A DNA stretch of 64,000 nt from an uncultured Bacilli bacterium (GCA_949841325.1 CATKZK010000002.1:663-64662), one strand, 5' to 3'. Shown: positions 10,483 to 20,607, counted from the first letter of the stretch. Program-made: numbers and translations. The notes: generated by a model not told the origin, from the sequence alone.

Positions 10483-13400
10483 TCAAGAGGCAAGTGAGAC
10501 TAAGTTTACAATTTCTTGAAGTAATCTTACTTCATAATAGATAAAGTGTTTTTCTAATGATAATAGAGGCAACTCGATATGAATTTGCTTCATTTTATAA
10601 CAAATGCGATATTTAGGATGAATACTCATCATAACAAGAAATAATTTATCTCCAGAAATTTGATTAGATATCTCCTCTGGTAAAATGATTTCAATGCTAT
10701 TCCTTTGATAACTCACTTGTTTTATTTTTAGTTTATCTGCAAGTTTTTCAAACCATTCTTCATACATATAGATTTCCATTTCTTCACTTATTTTTCCAAA
10801 GCGATCCTCTATTTCGGTTTTTACTTTAAGAAGTGTTTCTTCGTCTTCTATACTGTTTATCAATTTATGAATTTCAATTTTTAAGTTTTCCTCAGATACG
10901 TAATCATCATCTATATGATTAGAAACTTCAATAAGAGGAGTGCTCATCTCTTCATCAAGTATTTCTTCTCCATTTTGACGACTTATTTCTTCATTAACCA
11001 TTTTTGTATATAAATCTAACCCTACAGCTTCGACAAATCCTGCTTGCTCACTTCCCAAAAAATCTCCTGCACCTCGGATAGCTAAATCACGCATAGCTAT
11101 TTTGTAGCCACTTCCTAATTCAGTAAAGTCTTTAATAGATTGTAAACGCTTAATAGCGATATCATTGAGCATTTTATGAGGTTGATACATTAAATAAGCA
11201 TAGGCAATTCGATCACTTCTACCAACACGACCTCGCAACTGATATAGTTGACTTAACCCAAATCGATCTGCATCAAAAACCAATAAAGTGTTGACATTCG
11301 GTATATCTATTCCCGTTTCTATAATCGTTGTACATATCAAAATGTCATAGGCACCTTCTACAAAGGCGGTAACAACATGTTCTAATTCATTTTTTTCCAT
11401 TTTTCCATGGGCAATCTCAATTCGTGCCTCTGGGATAAGCGTTTGAATACGCGTATGCATATCCATTATGCTTTCCACTCGATTATAAAGAATATAGACT
11501 TGTCCATTTCTAGACAGTTCTTTATAAATGGCATCTTTAATTATAACGTCATTTTCTTCAAGTACATAGGTTTGTACAGGATATCGATTAACTGGAGGCG
11601 TATCGATAATTGATAAATCTCGTAATCCGCTCATAGCCATTTTAAGTGTTCTAGGAATAGGAGTTGCGGATAAAGTGAGAACATTTATATCACTTTTTAA
11701 TTTTTTTATCTTTTCTTTATGTGTGACACCAAAGCGCTGCTCTTCATCAATTACAAGAAGTCCTAAATTTTTATATTCAATCGCATCATTTAATAATTTA
11801 TGGGTTCCTATGACAATATCAACAGACCCCTTTTTTAATCCTTCAATGATTCTTTTTACCTCTTTTACTGAGACAAAACGATTCAAAAGAGCAATTTCTA
11901 TAGGAAAATCTTTAAATCGCTCAAGTGCATTTTTATATTGTTGACGGGACAAGAGGGTAGTAGGACATAAATAAGCGACTTGAAAACCATTGATAACCGT
12001 CTTAAACATGGCACGAAAAGCTACTTCTGTCTTACCAAAGCCAACATCTCCGCATAGTAATCGGTCCATAGGTATACTCGATTTTAAATCTTGATTAATT
12101 TCTTTAATACACTTTAATTGATCACTTGTTTCTGTATATTCAAAATGAACACCAAAAATTTCTTCCTCTTCGTAATCACTGTATGATTCTCCTTTAATAC
12201 TTGAACGTTTAGCATAAAGCTTTATCAGTTCATCAGATATATCCTTTATCTTACTACGAACACGCATCTTTGTTTTTGCCCAATTTGTAGAATTTAACTT
12301 ATTAATTTTAGGTTTTGTACCATCAGCATCTGAATATTTATAAATAGTAGATATTTTAGATGCAGGAATATAGACTTTATCGTTATCTAAATATTGAATG
12401 ACAATATAATCTCGCATAAGTCCTTTATTAGAAATGGCCTCAATGCCTCCATAAATCCCTATTCCATGATTCGTATGAACAACATAATCGCCCACTTTTA
12501 TATCATCAAAGCTTTTAATTTTTTGTCCCATCTTAAATGTGGTTTTATAACTTGAAATAACCTTGATATCTTCCATATCATATTCAGAAATAAAGATATA
12601 ATCATTTATCATAAATCCAGCATTTATTTTCTTTTTCATCACCGTGATTTTCCCTTTTTCTGGATTTCCATAGTGTAAAGGAGAAAGTATTTCTTCAATT
12701 CTTTCCACTTGTTTATCTTTTGAAAGACAAATCACTAAAGTATGATTATTTTTATGTAATTGACAAAAATCTGCTAATTTATGATAATCTCCTTTAAAAT
12801 TCATAATTTCATGGCATTTGAAGGTCACCGCATTTGGTATATTATTAATTGTTTCAATTTTTATGTTATTCTGAACCTTTATTTCATCTAATTGGTACAT
12901 ATAAACTTTATCTATTTCCTTTTCCAGATTATAATCATATATATCTTTTTGAATTTTATCATAACCATTTTTTATTTGAGCTTGATCGACAAAGAAGACT
13001 AATGGATGATACAGATAATCGTAAAGGGAATTATATTGATCTGTTTCAACTTCTTTAAAAGGGAGAAAAGTATACTCATTCACTTCTTCAATAGACATCT
13101 GAGTATTCTCATCAAATACACGAATGTTCTCTATTTCATCTCCAAAAGTCTCGATTCTAATAGGATGGTTTGCTTCAATCGGAAAAATATCAATGATAAA
13201 CCCTCTTACTGCATATTCACCTGTAGAAGTAACTAATGTTTCCCTACGGTAACCAAATTGATCAAGAGTTTCTAAAAATTGGTCACGAGAAAAAGTACTG
13301 CTTTTCGAAATAGTGAGCTTTAAGTGATTAGATTCTTCGATAGATGGAAGAAAACGTAGATATCCCATTAAATTAGTAACAATGATGCACTTTTTCTCTG

Positions 13401-13686
13401 TACGAATTCGTTCTAGAGTCTCTAAACGTTGGACTTTTAAATCGGGTGATATCGCTAAAGCAACAGAAGATAAAAAATCGTCCATTGGAAAAAGACATAC
13501 ATCTTCGGTGTATGTTTTCAATTTTTGAGTAATTTTAGTAGCGTCAAAAAGAGCGTTTGTAACAATTAAAACGTTTTCTTGATGCGTTTTAAAATACGTA
13601 TAATAATATAATATGGAAAGTTCATCCGTAAGTCCGCATACGGTTGAATGATTTTCATAAGAAAAAATATTTTCTAATAAATCCAT
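10483..13686 (-). CDS. mfd: Transcription-repair coupling factor Mfd
   Basis: 1067 aa with helicase motifs GDVGFGKTEVA and DEEQRFGV, and a CarD-like region (VGDYVVHTNHGIG). Follows pth as in Bacillus. Confidence 0.95.
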   Translation of the reverse strand: MDLLENIFSYENHSTVCGLTDELSILYYYTYFKTHQENVLIVTNALFDATKITQKLKTYTEDVCLFPMDDFLSSVALAISPDLKVQRLETLERIRTEKKCIIVTNLMGYLRFLPSIEESNHLKLTISKSSTFSRDQFLETLDQFGYRRETLVTSTGEYAVRGFIIDIFPIEANHPIRIETFGDEIENIRVFDENTQMSIEEVNEYTFLPFKEVETDQYNSLYDYLYHPLVFFVDQAQIKNGYDKIQKDIYDYNLEKEIDKVYMYQLDEIKVQNNIKIETINNIPNAVTFKCHEIMNFKGDYHKLADFCQLHKNNHTLVICLSKDKQVERIEEILSPLHYGNPEKGKITVMKKKINAGFMINDYIFISEYDMEDIKVISSYKTTFKMGQKIKSFDDIKVGDYVVHTNHGIGIYGGIEAISNKGLMRDYIVIQYLDNDKVYIPASKISTIYKYSDADGTKPKINKLNSTNWAKTKMRVRSKIKDISDELIKLYAKRSSIKGESYSDYEEEEIFGVHFEYTETSDQLKCIKEINQDLKSSIPMDRLLCGDVGFGKTEVAFRAMFKTVINGFQVAYLCPTTLLSRQQYKNALERFKDFPIEIALLNRFVSVKEVKRIIEGLKKGSVDIVIGTHKLLNDAIEYKNLGLLVIDEEQRFGVTHKEKIKKLKSDINVLTLSATPIPRTLKMAMSGLRDLSIIDTPPVNRYPVQTYVLEENDVIIKDAIYKELSRNGQVYILYNRVESIMDMHTRIQTLIPEARIEIAHGKMEKNELEHVVTAFVEGAYDILICTTIIETGIDIPNVNTLLVFDADRFGLSQLYQLRGRVGRSDRIAYAYLMYQPHKMLNDIAIKRLQSIKDFTELGSGYKIAMRDLAIRGAGDFLGSEQAGFVEAVGLDLYTKMVNEEISRQNGEEILDEEMSTPLIEVSNHIDDDYVSEENLKIEIHKLINSIEDEETLLKVKTEIEDRFGKISEEMEIYMYEEWFEKLADKLKIKQVSYQRNSIEIILPEEISNQISGDKLFLVMMSIHPKYRICYKMKQIHIELPLLSLEKHFIYYEVRLLQEIVNLVSLAS

Positions 13687-13695
13687 GATTTTCTC

Positions 13696-14241
13696 CTAAT
13701 TAAAACGATTCATTAAATCTCTTAGATTACTAACAGAAAACTCTCTTATAATCGTCTCAATAGACTCTCGATTTTTAAAAATAACTTCTAATTCTGCTTT
13801 TGAAAAATGACCAAGTACGTAATCTTTTGTATCCATATGAGCCTTTTTAGATATGCCTATTTTTAAACGAGCAAAAGATTCACTATGCAAATGCAAGATG
13901 ATATCTTTAATTCCATTATGTCCGCCAGCACTGGAATCTATTTTTAAACGGATACGTCCTACTTCTAAGTCTAGATCATCTTGAATAATGAGAATATCCT
14001 CCAATTGTATATCAAAATATTCTACATATTTTTTGACAACCCCACCAGATAAATTCATATAACTCTGTGGTTTTAAAAAGATATAATTTTCACCATTAAT
14101 GTTAGTTTTATAATAATGACCATTAAATTTTGATGACCATGAGACTTTTCCTAAAAAAGAATCCAATATCATAAATCCAATATTATGACGGGTATTTTCG
14201 TATTCTTTCCCAGGATTTCCTAAACCTACAATTAACTTCAT
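13696..14241 (-). CDS. pth: Peptidyl-tRNA hydrolase
   Basis: MKLIVGLGNPGKEYENTRHNIGF. I used the internal ATG at 14241, which removes the overlap with the upstream gene. Confidence 0.9.
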   Translation of the reverse strand: MKLIVGLGNPGKEYENTRHNIGFMILDSFLGKVSWSSKFNGHYYKTNINGENYIFLKPQSYMNLSGGVVKKYVEYFDIQLEDILIIQDDLDLEVGRIRLKIDSSAGGHNGIKDIILHLHSESFARLKIGISKKAHMDTKDYVLGHFSKAELEVIFKNRESIETIIREFSVSNLRDLMNRFN

Positions 14242-14245
14242 AGTA

Positions 14246-14956
14246 TCACCTTCTAAATATATTTTTGTAACTATCGACCTCATCTATGTACATTGGCTCT
14301 AATACCTTACAATAATCTTCACCATGATAACAAAACTCGAACAAAACAAGTTTACATTCCGTCTTTCTATTAGGATAAACAAATTGTATCTTTTTTACAC
14401 CAAAATGATATTTTTTACATAAATCTAAGACTTCAACAAGCCTTTCAGGACGATGAACAAGATAAAAATAACCTCTATTTTGAATGCATCTAGAAGCAAC
14501 CTGAAATATGCCTTCTAATGTAATTTTAATTTCATGTCGCGCAATCGCCTTCACGTGATTTTGATTTACTTTACTTTCATTATACTCTTTAAAGTATGGT
14601 GGATTGCACGTTATAATATCGTATTTTTCCTGCCTAACGAATTCTAAAATATTCTTGTTTAAAAGTTCGATGTTATGAACATTATTTTGATTTATAGAAT
14701 CAATCCCCATTTGATAGATTTCTTTTTGTAATTCAATTCCTGTTATCGAAACTTCATTTCCATACTTCTCAGAAAGTATCAAAGGTACTGGGGCATTTCC
14801 TGTACATAAATCCAATATTCTTCTGTCATTTTTTCTTTTACAAACGAACTCTGCTAAGAGTATAGAATCAATAGAAAATTTAAAATAATCATCATTTTGA
14901 AAGATTTTGTACGAATAGTCAAATAAATCATTTAACTCATTCGACTTCATATTCAA
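14246..14956 (-). CDS. SAM-dependent methyltransferase, YabB/TrmN6-like (tRNA m6A37 family)
   Basis: ILDLCTGNAPV SAM-binding loop and NPPYF catalytic motif. Its position after yaaT matches yabB of B. subtilis. Confidence 0.7.
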   Translation of the reverse strand: MNMKSNELNDLFDYSYKIFQNDDYFKFSIDSILLAEFVCKRKNDRRILDLCTGNAPVPLILSEKYGNEVSITGIELQKEIYQMGIDSINQNNVHNIELLNKNILEFVRQEKYDIITCNPPYFKEYNESKVNQNHVKAIARHEIKITLEGIFQVASRCIQNRGYFYLVHRPERLVEVLDLCKKYHFGVKKIQFVYPNRKTECKLVLFEFCYHGEDYCKVLEPMYIDEVDSYKNIFRR

Positions 14957-15716
14957 ATATCTCTCCTTTAATATTGACTGAATACTTCTTTTTTAAAATA
15001 TCTAAAGAAACTACTTTTCCTTCGCCGTCTTCCGTTTTTACGGTGCTTCCCATTTTTGGTAGATGGGTACGATGCTCTTCATATACTTCATCCTCGTAAG
15101 CAAGACAACACAATAAACGACCGCACGCTCCATTGATTTTAGAGGGATTTAAAGGTAAATTTTGGTTTTTAGCCATATTTATACTTATAGCTTCTATTCC
15201 TGAAAGGAAAGATGAACAGCAAAGACTTCGTCCACAGATTCCTACACCACCAATTTCTTTCGATTTATCGCGAACACCCATTTGATGAAGTTCAATACGA
15301 GTTTTATACTTTGCAGCAAGCTCTTTCACTATATTACGAAAATCAATACGTTCATCTGCGACAAAATTAAAAATCAACTGTTTACGATCTAAAGTAAAGT
15401 GAGCATCAATGACTCTCATATTCAATTCTTCTCTTTTAACCAAATCACGAATATATTGTAAAGCTGACTCTGCTTCCTTTAAATTATGTAAGTATGTGTT
15501 ATAATCCTTTTTAGTAGAAATTCTCTTCACAGACTTCATCTCAGAAATGTCGATTTTTTCCACTTTTTCAACAAAAGGTTCTGTTACTTTAGCAAATTGT
15601 TCTCCCTTTTCTGTATCTACTACAACCGTTACATTTTTATTTAATTTTAATTGATCTTCATAGGTAAAATAATAGTTTTTCCCTCCATCTTTATATCGAA
15701 CACTACAGATTTTCAT
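14937..15716 (-). CDS. ricT: PSP1-domain protein YaaT/RicT
   Basis: Cys-rich PSP1 pattern GICGRSLCCSSFL...CGRLLCCLAYE. Located downstream of holB as in Bacillus. Confidence 0.85.
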   Translation of the reverse strand: MKICSVRYKDGGKNYYFTYEDQLKLNKNVTVVVDTEKGEQFAKVTEPFVEKVEKIDISEMKSVKRISTKKDYNTYLHNLKEAESALQYIRDLVKREELNMRVIDAHFTLDRKQLIFNFVADERIDFRNIVKELAAKYKTRIELHQMGVRDKSKEIGGVGICGRSLCCSSFLSGIEAISINMAKNQNLPLNPSKINGACGRLLCCLAYEDEVYEEHRTHLPKMGSTVKTEDGEGKVVSLDILKKKYSVNIKGEIFEYEVE

Positions 15717-15720
15717 ATAA

Positions 15721-16584
15721 TCACTCCCAACTTAAAAACAATTTGTTGATAAATAACTCTTTATTCACATTTGTTTTAAATTCATTGATGATATTATCTA
15801 ACAGATTAATTCTTTTTACAATGATTTTTATGTCTTTTGTCATAATAACTTCTAAAACTTCTTGAATATCTTCGTGATCGACATATTTCTCCAATGTTAT
15901 GCTTTCATATTTTATGATATACATTCTTTTTATGAGATTTAATATCTTCTCTATCTCAACTCTTTCTTTTTGGGCAATTTTTTTAGAATCTGCCATTAAT
16001 AAAAATTTTGGCGTATTGTTTAATTTACTCACTAAATTAATCGTTTCAGAATAAAAAGACTGATAGTCCTCTTCTGTTATATTTAATAAATCATAAATAG
16101 AATCTATGCCATAATTAAAAGTATATAGTTCACACCTACTTTTAATCGTTGGTAAGATTCCAGAAACTCTGTCTGTTATATAAAAACCTACAATATTTCC
16201 TTCAGGTTCTTCTAAAAATTTTAACATCTTATTTGAAGCACCATCATTCATTTTATCAGCGCCTATAATTAAATAAGAAGAATATTTACTGATAAGAGGC
16301 TTAGAAGAAAAACGATGAATAATTTCTAGCACTTGATTCGTTTTAATCTCCTTGCCGTCTGGAGATAAAGAAATAACATCAGGATTCGTTTCTTGTCTTA
16401 TTGTATTGCAAATATTACAATCACAGTCAACGCTCCCATCTTTCAAACAATTCACTTGTCTTATGATTTCTGTAACATCCTGTACACACCTTGCTATATT
16501 ATTTGTAAAAAACAAAAAAGCATGAGAATTTTTTTTCTCACTGAAGGATCTTACAATTAGATTTTTTATTTCTTCACTCTTCAT
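15721..16584 (-). CDS. holB: DNA polymerase III subunit delta prime
   Basis: 287 aa with HAFLF, KMLKFLEEP and TIKSRC motifs of clamp-loader delta prime. Confidence 0.8.
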   Translation of the reverse strand: MKSEEIKNLIVRSFSEKKNSHAFLFFTNNIARCVQDVTEIIRQVNCLKDGSVDCDCNICNTIRQETNPDVISLSPDGKEIKTNQVLEIIHRFSSKPLISKYSSYLIIGADKMNDGASNKMLKFLEEPEGNIVGFYITDRVSGILPTIKSRCELYTFNYGIDSIYDLLNITEEDYQSFYSETINLVSKLNNTPKFLLMADSKKIAQKERVEIEKILNLIKRMYIIKYESITLEKYVDHEDIQEVLEVIMTKDIKIIVKRINLLDNIINEFKTNVNKELFINKLFLSWE

Positions 16585-16591
16585 ACCTCAC

Positions 16592-16777
16592 CTACAAATA
16601 CTTTATTACAATTAAACAATACATTACAAAACCTGGCATTCCTAAGAAAGTAATAATGACTATTCCTGATATGCTTATAGGAATGATAATATCAAAGGCG
16701 TTTGTAAATAAATTAACCGTATAGAGACTAACAAAAGAAAAAATAAGATTAAGGAAAAGCTTTTTTATTTTATTCAT
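16592..16777 (-). CDS. Small membrane protein, BofA-like (pro-sigma-K processing inhibitor family)
   Basis: 61 aa with two hydrophobic helices. The C-terminal ISGIVIITFLGMPGFVMYCLIVIK resembles the BofA ISGILGIPG motif. Its position after recR equals bofA in B. subtilis. Shorter than canonical BofA. Confidence 0.45.
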   Translation of the reverse strand: MNKIKKLFLNLIFSFVSLYTVNLFTNAFDIIIPISISGIVIITFLGMPGFVMYCLIVIKYL

Positions 16778-16816
16778 GTATTTTCACCAATACATTTTAT
16801 TAGAATAAAACTCTTT

Positions 16817-17422
16817 CTATGATATTTCTTTGCGATCTAACAATGCTCGATCAAGAGTTATAGAATCTAAATAATCGATTTCAACGCCCATAGGAATTCC
16901 ATAAGATAATCTCGAAACTTTAATATTTTTCTTTTCAAATATTTTTTTGATATAAAGTGTTGTTGTTTCCCCCTCAATTGAAGGCTTTAACGCTAAGATA
17001 ATCTCCGCATCATGATCAATTTCAGGTTCTATTCTAGAGACTAAAGTAGACAAATTAATGTCTTCTGGATAGACACCATCTATTGGGGAAATCAAACCGT
17101 TTAAAATATGATACTTACCATCAAACGATCCAGATTTTTCAAACATGATAACGCTTTTGTAATCTTCAACAACACAGATAACATTATTTTTTCTACCATC
17201 ATCGCTACAAATAGTACAAATCTCTTTATCAGTTAAATTTCCACAAGTTTTGCACGGGTGAAGCATTTTCTTGCAATCTTTTATATTATTTACAATGCGC
17301 TCAATATCTTCATCACTAAAATCTAAAAGAGACAAAGCGTAACGTTCAGCACTCTTTTCTCCTACTCCAGGAAATTTTTGAAATGAACGAATTGTTTCAT
17401 TTAATACTGCTGGATAAAGCAT
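16817..17422 (-). CDS. recR: Recombination protein RecR
   Basis: HhH N-terminus (FPGVGEKSAERYA), C4 zinc finger CKTCGNLTDKEICTIC, and a Toprim region. Confidence 0.95.
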   Translation of the reverse strand: MLYPAVLNETIRSFQKFPGVGEKSAERYALSLLDFSDEDIERIVNNIKDCKKMLHPCKTCGNLTDKEICTICSDDGRKNNVICVVEDYKSVIMFEKSGSFDGKYHILNGLISPIDGVYPEDINLSTLVSRIEPEIDHDAEIILALKPSIEGETTTLYIKKIFEKKNIKVSRLSYGIPMGVEIDYLDSITLDRALLDRKEIS

Positions 17423-17425
17423 AAT

Positions 17426-17725
17426 CTAAAACAATCCACCTAATTGTTTTCCATACATGCCAAGTTTTGATTCTATTGCTTTTTCTATTTTTGAAATAGC
17501 ATCGTTCATTGCTATTTTAATCATATCTTCCAACATTTCTACATCTTCCGCATCAAACGATTCTTTATTTTTTATCATTACACTTTTGATTTTCTTGTTT
17601 CCATAAATTACAACGTCTACTAATTGAGATGTTCCTGTAAATTCAGTACTATTTATTTCCTCCTGCTTTTTTTCAATTTCCTTTTGCATTTTTTGCGCTT
17701 GCGCCATTAAATTATTCATATTCAT
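17426..17725 (-). CDS. ybaB: Nucleoid-associated protein YbaB/EbfC
   Basis: 99 aa, MAQAQKMQKEIEKKQEE...; classic dnaX-ybaB-recR synteny. Confidence 0.9.
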   Translation of the reverse strand: MNMNNLMAQAQKMQKEIEKKQEEINSTEFTGTSQLVDVVIYGNKKIKSVMIKNKESFDAEDVEMLEDMIKIAMNDAISKIEKAIESKLGMYGKQLGGLF

Positions 17726-17737
17726 AATATTTTTCTC

Positions 17738-19324
17738 CTATTCTATATTTAATTTTTCATTTCCGAATATATCTTCTGCCAATTTAAGGGAAGAAGTATT
17801 TTCATTTATATACTCAGATTCATCTTGAATTTCGTATTTTTGCTCCTTATTATAATTTTTCATAAACTCTTCCCACTCCTTTTTTGTAATAAAAATCATT
17901 TTATAGGAAGTCTGAAATAAATTATTAAATTTTGTCTCCAATTCATACAATTTTGCATTTCCTACTATTTTTATACTCTCTGAAGGAGTTACAAAAAGAA
18001 TGTATTCATTAGAAGCAACTTGCAACGTCGAACTCTTGATGATTGCAAAGAATTCAGTCAAATTCTTTTTTTTCACTTCTTCAATAAACTGTTTCCATAA
18101 ATTGCCTATCTTTATTTTATCATTTTTATTTGCAGAAACGAAAGTATTATTTAATCTTATGTTAATAAACTCATCGCAAACCACATAAACTTGGGACGAT
18201 TTATTTCCTTTCAATAGATGATTCAGATCCACATTGGTTTCATCCGAAATTATTTCCCGGGAAATAATTTGATTGATTTCACGATTTGATATTTGATTTT
18301 CATCATCATTTATAAATGAAATTAATTCTAATTCTAACAGAAGAAAACCATTTGAATTATAATTAATTTTATTTAATACATCGTTTAATGATTCTATTAA
18401 TCTCTTTAATTGTCTAAAGACATTATTACTTACATTTTTCTTTTTCATGGCAACCGCTTTTTCAATCAAATAATCTAAAATCTTATCAATCAATATTTTT
18501 ATATCAATTCCAGTCTCTTTTATTTTATGAAGTTTTTCTACTAAAGTATTTAGATCATTTTTCAGGATAGCTGTATATAGAGTGTTAATATCTTCTGCCG
18601 TAATCGTTCCATAATTCAAACTCAAATTTTCCATTGTAATATGATCTGCAACTTTGGATAGTTGGTCTAATATACTTAGAGCATCACGCATACAACCATC
18701 TGACAAATAAGATATTTCCTTTAAAGCATCCTCTTCATATTGTATTTGTTCTTTATCACAAATCACAGCAAGATTATTATAAATCAACTCTCTATCAATT
18801 CTTTGAAAATCAAATCTCTGGCATCGTGATAAAACAGTGATGGGAACCTTTTGAATTTCCGTTGTTGCTAAGATAAAGATAACATTACTAGGCGGTTCTT
18901 CTAAAGTTTTTAGAAAAGCATTCCATGCTGCAGTCGATAACATGTGTACCTCATCAATAATATAGATCTTGTATTTTCCATTTGTCGGGGCCACACTGAC
19001 ATTTTCTATCATTTCGCGGATATTATCAACGCCATTATTACTTGCAGCATCCATCTCTATTACATCAGGGCTTGCATCAAACCCTAAACAATTTTCACAT
19101 TCTCCACAAGCTATTCCATCTTTTAAATCCGTACAGTTAATAGCACGAGCAAATATTTTAGCAGAGCTTGTCTTTCCAGTACCACGCGGGCCTGTAAAGA
19201 TGTATGCATGCGCTATTTTATTATTAGTTATTGAATTAATGAGAATTTTTTTTATATGTTCTTGTCCGACTAAATCATTAAAATTAGTAGGCCTATACTT
19301 ACGATAGAGTACTTTATAGTTCAT
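17738..19324 (-). CDS. dnaX: DNA polymerase III subunit gamma/tau
   Basis: YRPTNFNDLVGQEH, Walker A GPRGTGKTS, DEVHML, and zinc module CGECENC. Confidence 0.95.
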   Translation of the reverse strand: MNYKVLYRKYRPTNFNDLVGQEHIKKILINSITNNKIAHAYIFTGPRGTGKTSSAKIFARAINCTDLKDGIACGECENCLGFDASPDVIEMDAASNNGVDNIREMIENVSVAPTNGKYKIYIIDEVHMLSTAAWNAFLKTLEEPPSNVIFILATTEIQKVPITVLSRCQRFDFQRIDRELIYNNLAVICDKEQIQYEEDALKEISYLSDGCMRDALSILDQLSKVADHITMENLSLNYGTITAEDINTLYTAILKNDLNTLVEKLHKIKETGIDIKILIDKILDYLIEKAVAMKKKNVSNNVFRQLKRLIESLNDVLNKINYNSNGFLLLELELISFINDDENQISNREINQIISREIISDETNVDLNHLLKGNKSSQVYVVCDEFINIRLNNTFVSANKNDKIKIGNLWKQFIEEVKKKNLTEFFAIIKSSTLQVASNEYILFVTPSESIKIVGNAKLYELETKFNNLFQTSYKMIFITKKEWEEFMKNYNKEQKYEIQDESEYINENTSSLKLAEDIFGNEKLNIE

Positions 19325-19357
19325 ACACTTTCACCTATGGAAATTATATCATATTTT

Positions 19358-19786
19358 TTACTTTCTTTTACCATTTAATTTAAAAAAAGTACTTAGAATT
19401 TGACGATAATCATCTGATTCAACAGGGAAGTCTTTTTCCATCGAACATATATTCGTTTTATTGTATGAGCGCTTTTGCGGATTTCTAGAAAGTAAATAGT
19501 ATACATTTCTTAAACGAGCTTCTTTTATAACCTCTATACACATATGGCACGGTTCTAAAGTGACATATAAATCGCACTCATCTAATCGCCAATCCCCTAA
19601 TTTCTTTTCCGCCTTACGAATAGCATTTATCTCGGCATGAGACGTAACATCATGGTTCTTAATTCTTTTGTTATAAGACTTTGCTATAATTCTATTTTTA
19701 TACACTACAATAGCACCAATAGGCACTTCTTTTTTTTGAGCTGCACACTGTGCTTCCTTTATCAATATATTAATATATTCATTCAT
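19358..19786 (-). CDS. tadA: tRNA-specific adenosine deaminase TadA
   Basis: HAE...PCHMC zinc-deaminase signature. The internal start MNEYINILIKEA was chosen because the longer track ORF would overlap the SRP RNA. Confidence 0.88.
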   Translation of the reverse strand: MNEYINILIKEAQCAAQKKEVPIGAIVVYKNRIIAKSYNKRIKNHDVTSHAEINAIRKAEKKLGDWRLDECDLYVTLEPCHMCIEVIKEARLRNVYYLLSRNPQKRSYNKTNICSMEKDFPVESDDYRQILSTFFKLNGKRK

Positions 19787-19805
19787 ATAACACCAATTCC
19801 AAAAA

Positions 19806-19883
19806 TAAAAAGTGCACATGAATAGAGGTTAATGTGGCTGCTGTCTTCCGACCCTGACCAAGTTATAACATATTCATTGCACC
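19806..19883 (-). ncRNA. ffs: Small (about 78 nt) signal recognition particle RNA
   Basis: The minus strand reads GGTGCAATGAATA...GGTCAGGGTCGGAAGACAGCAGCC...TATTCATGTGCAC. It contains the conserved helix-8 GGAA tetraloop context (GTCAGG.CGGAAG.CAGCAGC). The closing helix is GUGCAAUGAAUA/UAUUCAUGUGCAC, followed by a U-run. An extended -10 (TGgTATACT) lies upstream at about 19889-19897. Confidence 0.75.
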
Positions 19884-19986
19884 AATTAAGTATACCACAA
19901 TATCGCAAAAAAACACAATAGCAAATTTGAAATTTTTGAATCGAGATTTTTATAATTGCCAATATTAAAATTTTGTATAGTTTTTA

Positions 19987-20002
19987 TGTTTCACGTGAAA
20001 CA
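19987..20002. promoter_or_regulatory. parS: parS site 1 (ParB binding site)
   Basis: TGTTTCACGTGAAACA, a perfect 16-bp palindrome. Confidence 0.85.
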
Positions 20003-20070
20003 TAGTATATTTTCATAATTTGATTGGAGAAAAGCAGATTTATATATTCGTGCTTTTATCCAATAGCCAA

Positions 20071-20086
20071 TGTTCCACGTGAAACA
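20071..20086. promoter_or_regulatory. parS: parS site 2
   Basis: TGTTCCACGTGAAACA, identical to the B. subtilis parS consensus. Confidence 0.88.
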
Positions 20087-20225
20087 TTGGCGAGTAAAAA
20101 AGATAGTTATAGGCAGAATTAAAAGTGGCTAAAACTAAATTCTTACGCGGATTATTATTTTAACTAAAACAATCCTTAGTTAAACATAGTATCAAATGGT
20201 TTTATAATTAATCTTTTTAAATCGA

Positions 20226-20241
20226 TGTTTCACGTGGAACA
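20226..20241. promoter_or_regulatory. parS: parS site 3
   Basis: TGTTTCACGTGGAACA, the consensus in opposite orientation. Confidence 0.88.
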
Positions 20242-20337
20242 TTAAAGATTGATTTATAGATAATATACAGAAAATATAAAATTTAATAAACAACAAGAAT
20301 GTTTTTAAAGCAAGATCGACTTATTTTATAACACTAA

Positions 20338-20353
20338 TGTTTCACGTGAAACA
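20338..20353. promoter_or_regulatory. parS: parS site 4
   Basis: TGTTTCACGTGAAACA. The palindrome extends to 26 bp (20333-20358). Confidence 0.85.
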
Positions 20354-20432
20354 TTAGTTGTTGTAACAATTATATTGTTAAAAAAAACACACCTATATTA
20401 AAAAAATAATTTAAAACTATATTTTATCTCGA

Positions 20433-20448
20433 TGTTTCACGTGAAACA
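20433..20448. promoter_or_regulatory. parS: parS site 5
   Basis: TGTTTCACGTGAAACA. The palindrome extends to 24 bp (20429-20452). Confidence 0.85.
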
Positions 20449-20543
20449 TCGAACGTTTTTGTGGTTGTAATCAATATGTTATTCTAAAAAGGAACAAAAT
20501 TGTAAAAAATAACTAACGAATTTTTATTTTTGCGCACTTGCTA

Positions 20544-20559
20544 TGTTTCACGTGGAACA
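20544..20559. promoter_or_regulatory. parS: parS site 6
   Basis: TGTTTCACGTGGAACA, the consensus in opposite orientation. Confidence 0.88.
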
Positions 20560-20591
20560 TTGTGCATGCACTTGTATATAATCTAAATAAA

Positions 20592-20607
20592 TGTTTCACG
20601 TGAAACA
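20592..20607. promoter_or_regulatory. parS: parS site 7
   Basis: TGTTTCACGTGAAACA. The palindrome extends to 32 bp (20584-20615). Confidence 0.85.
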
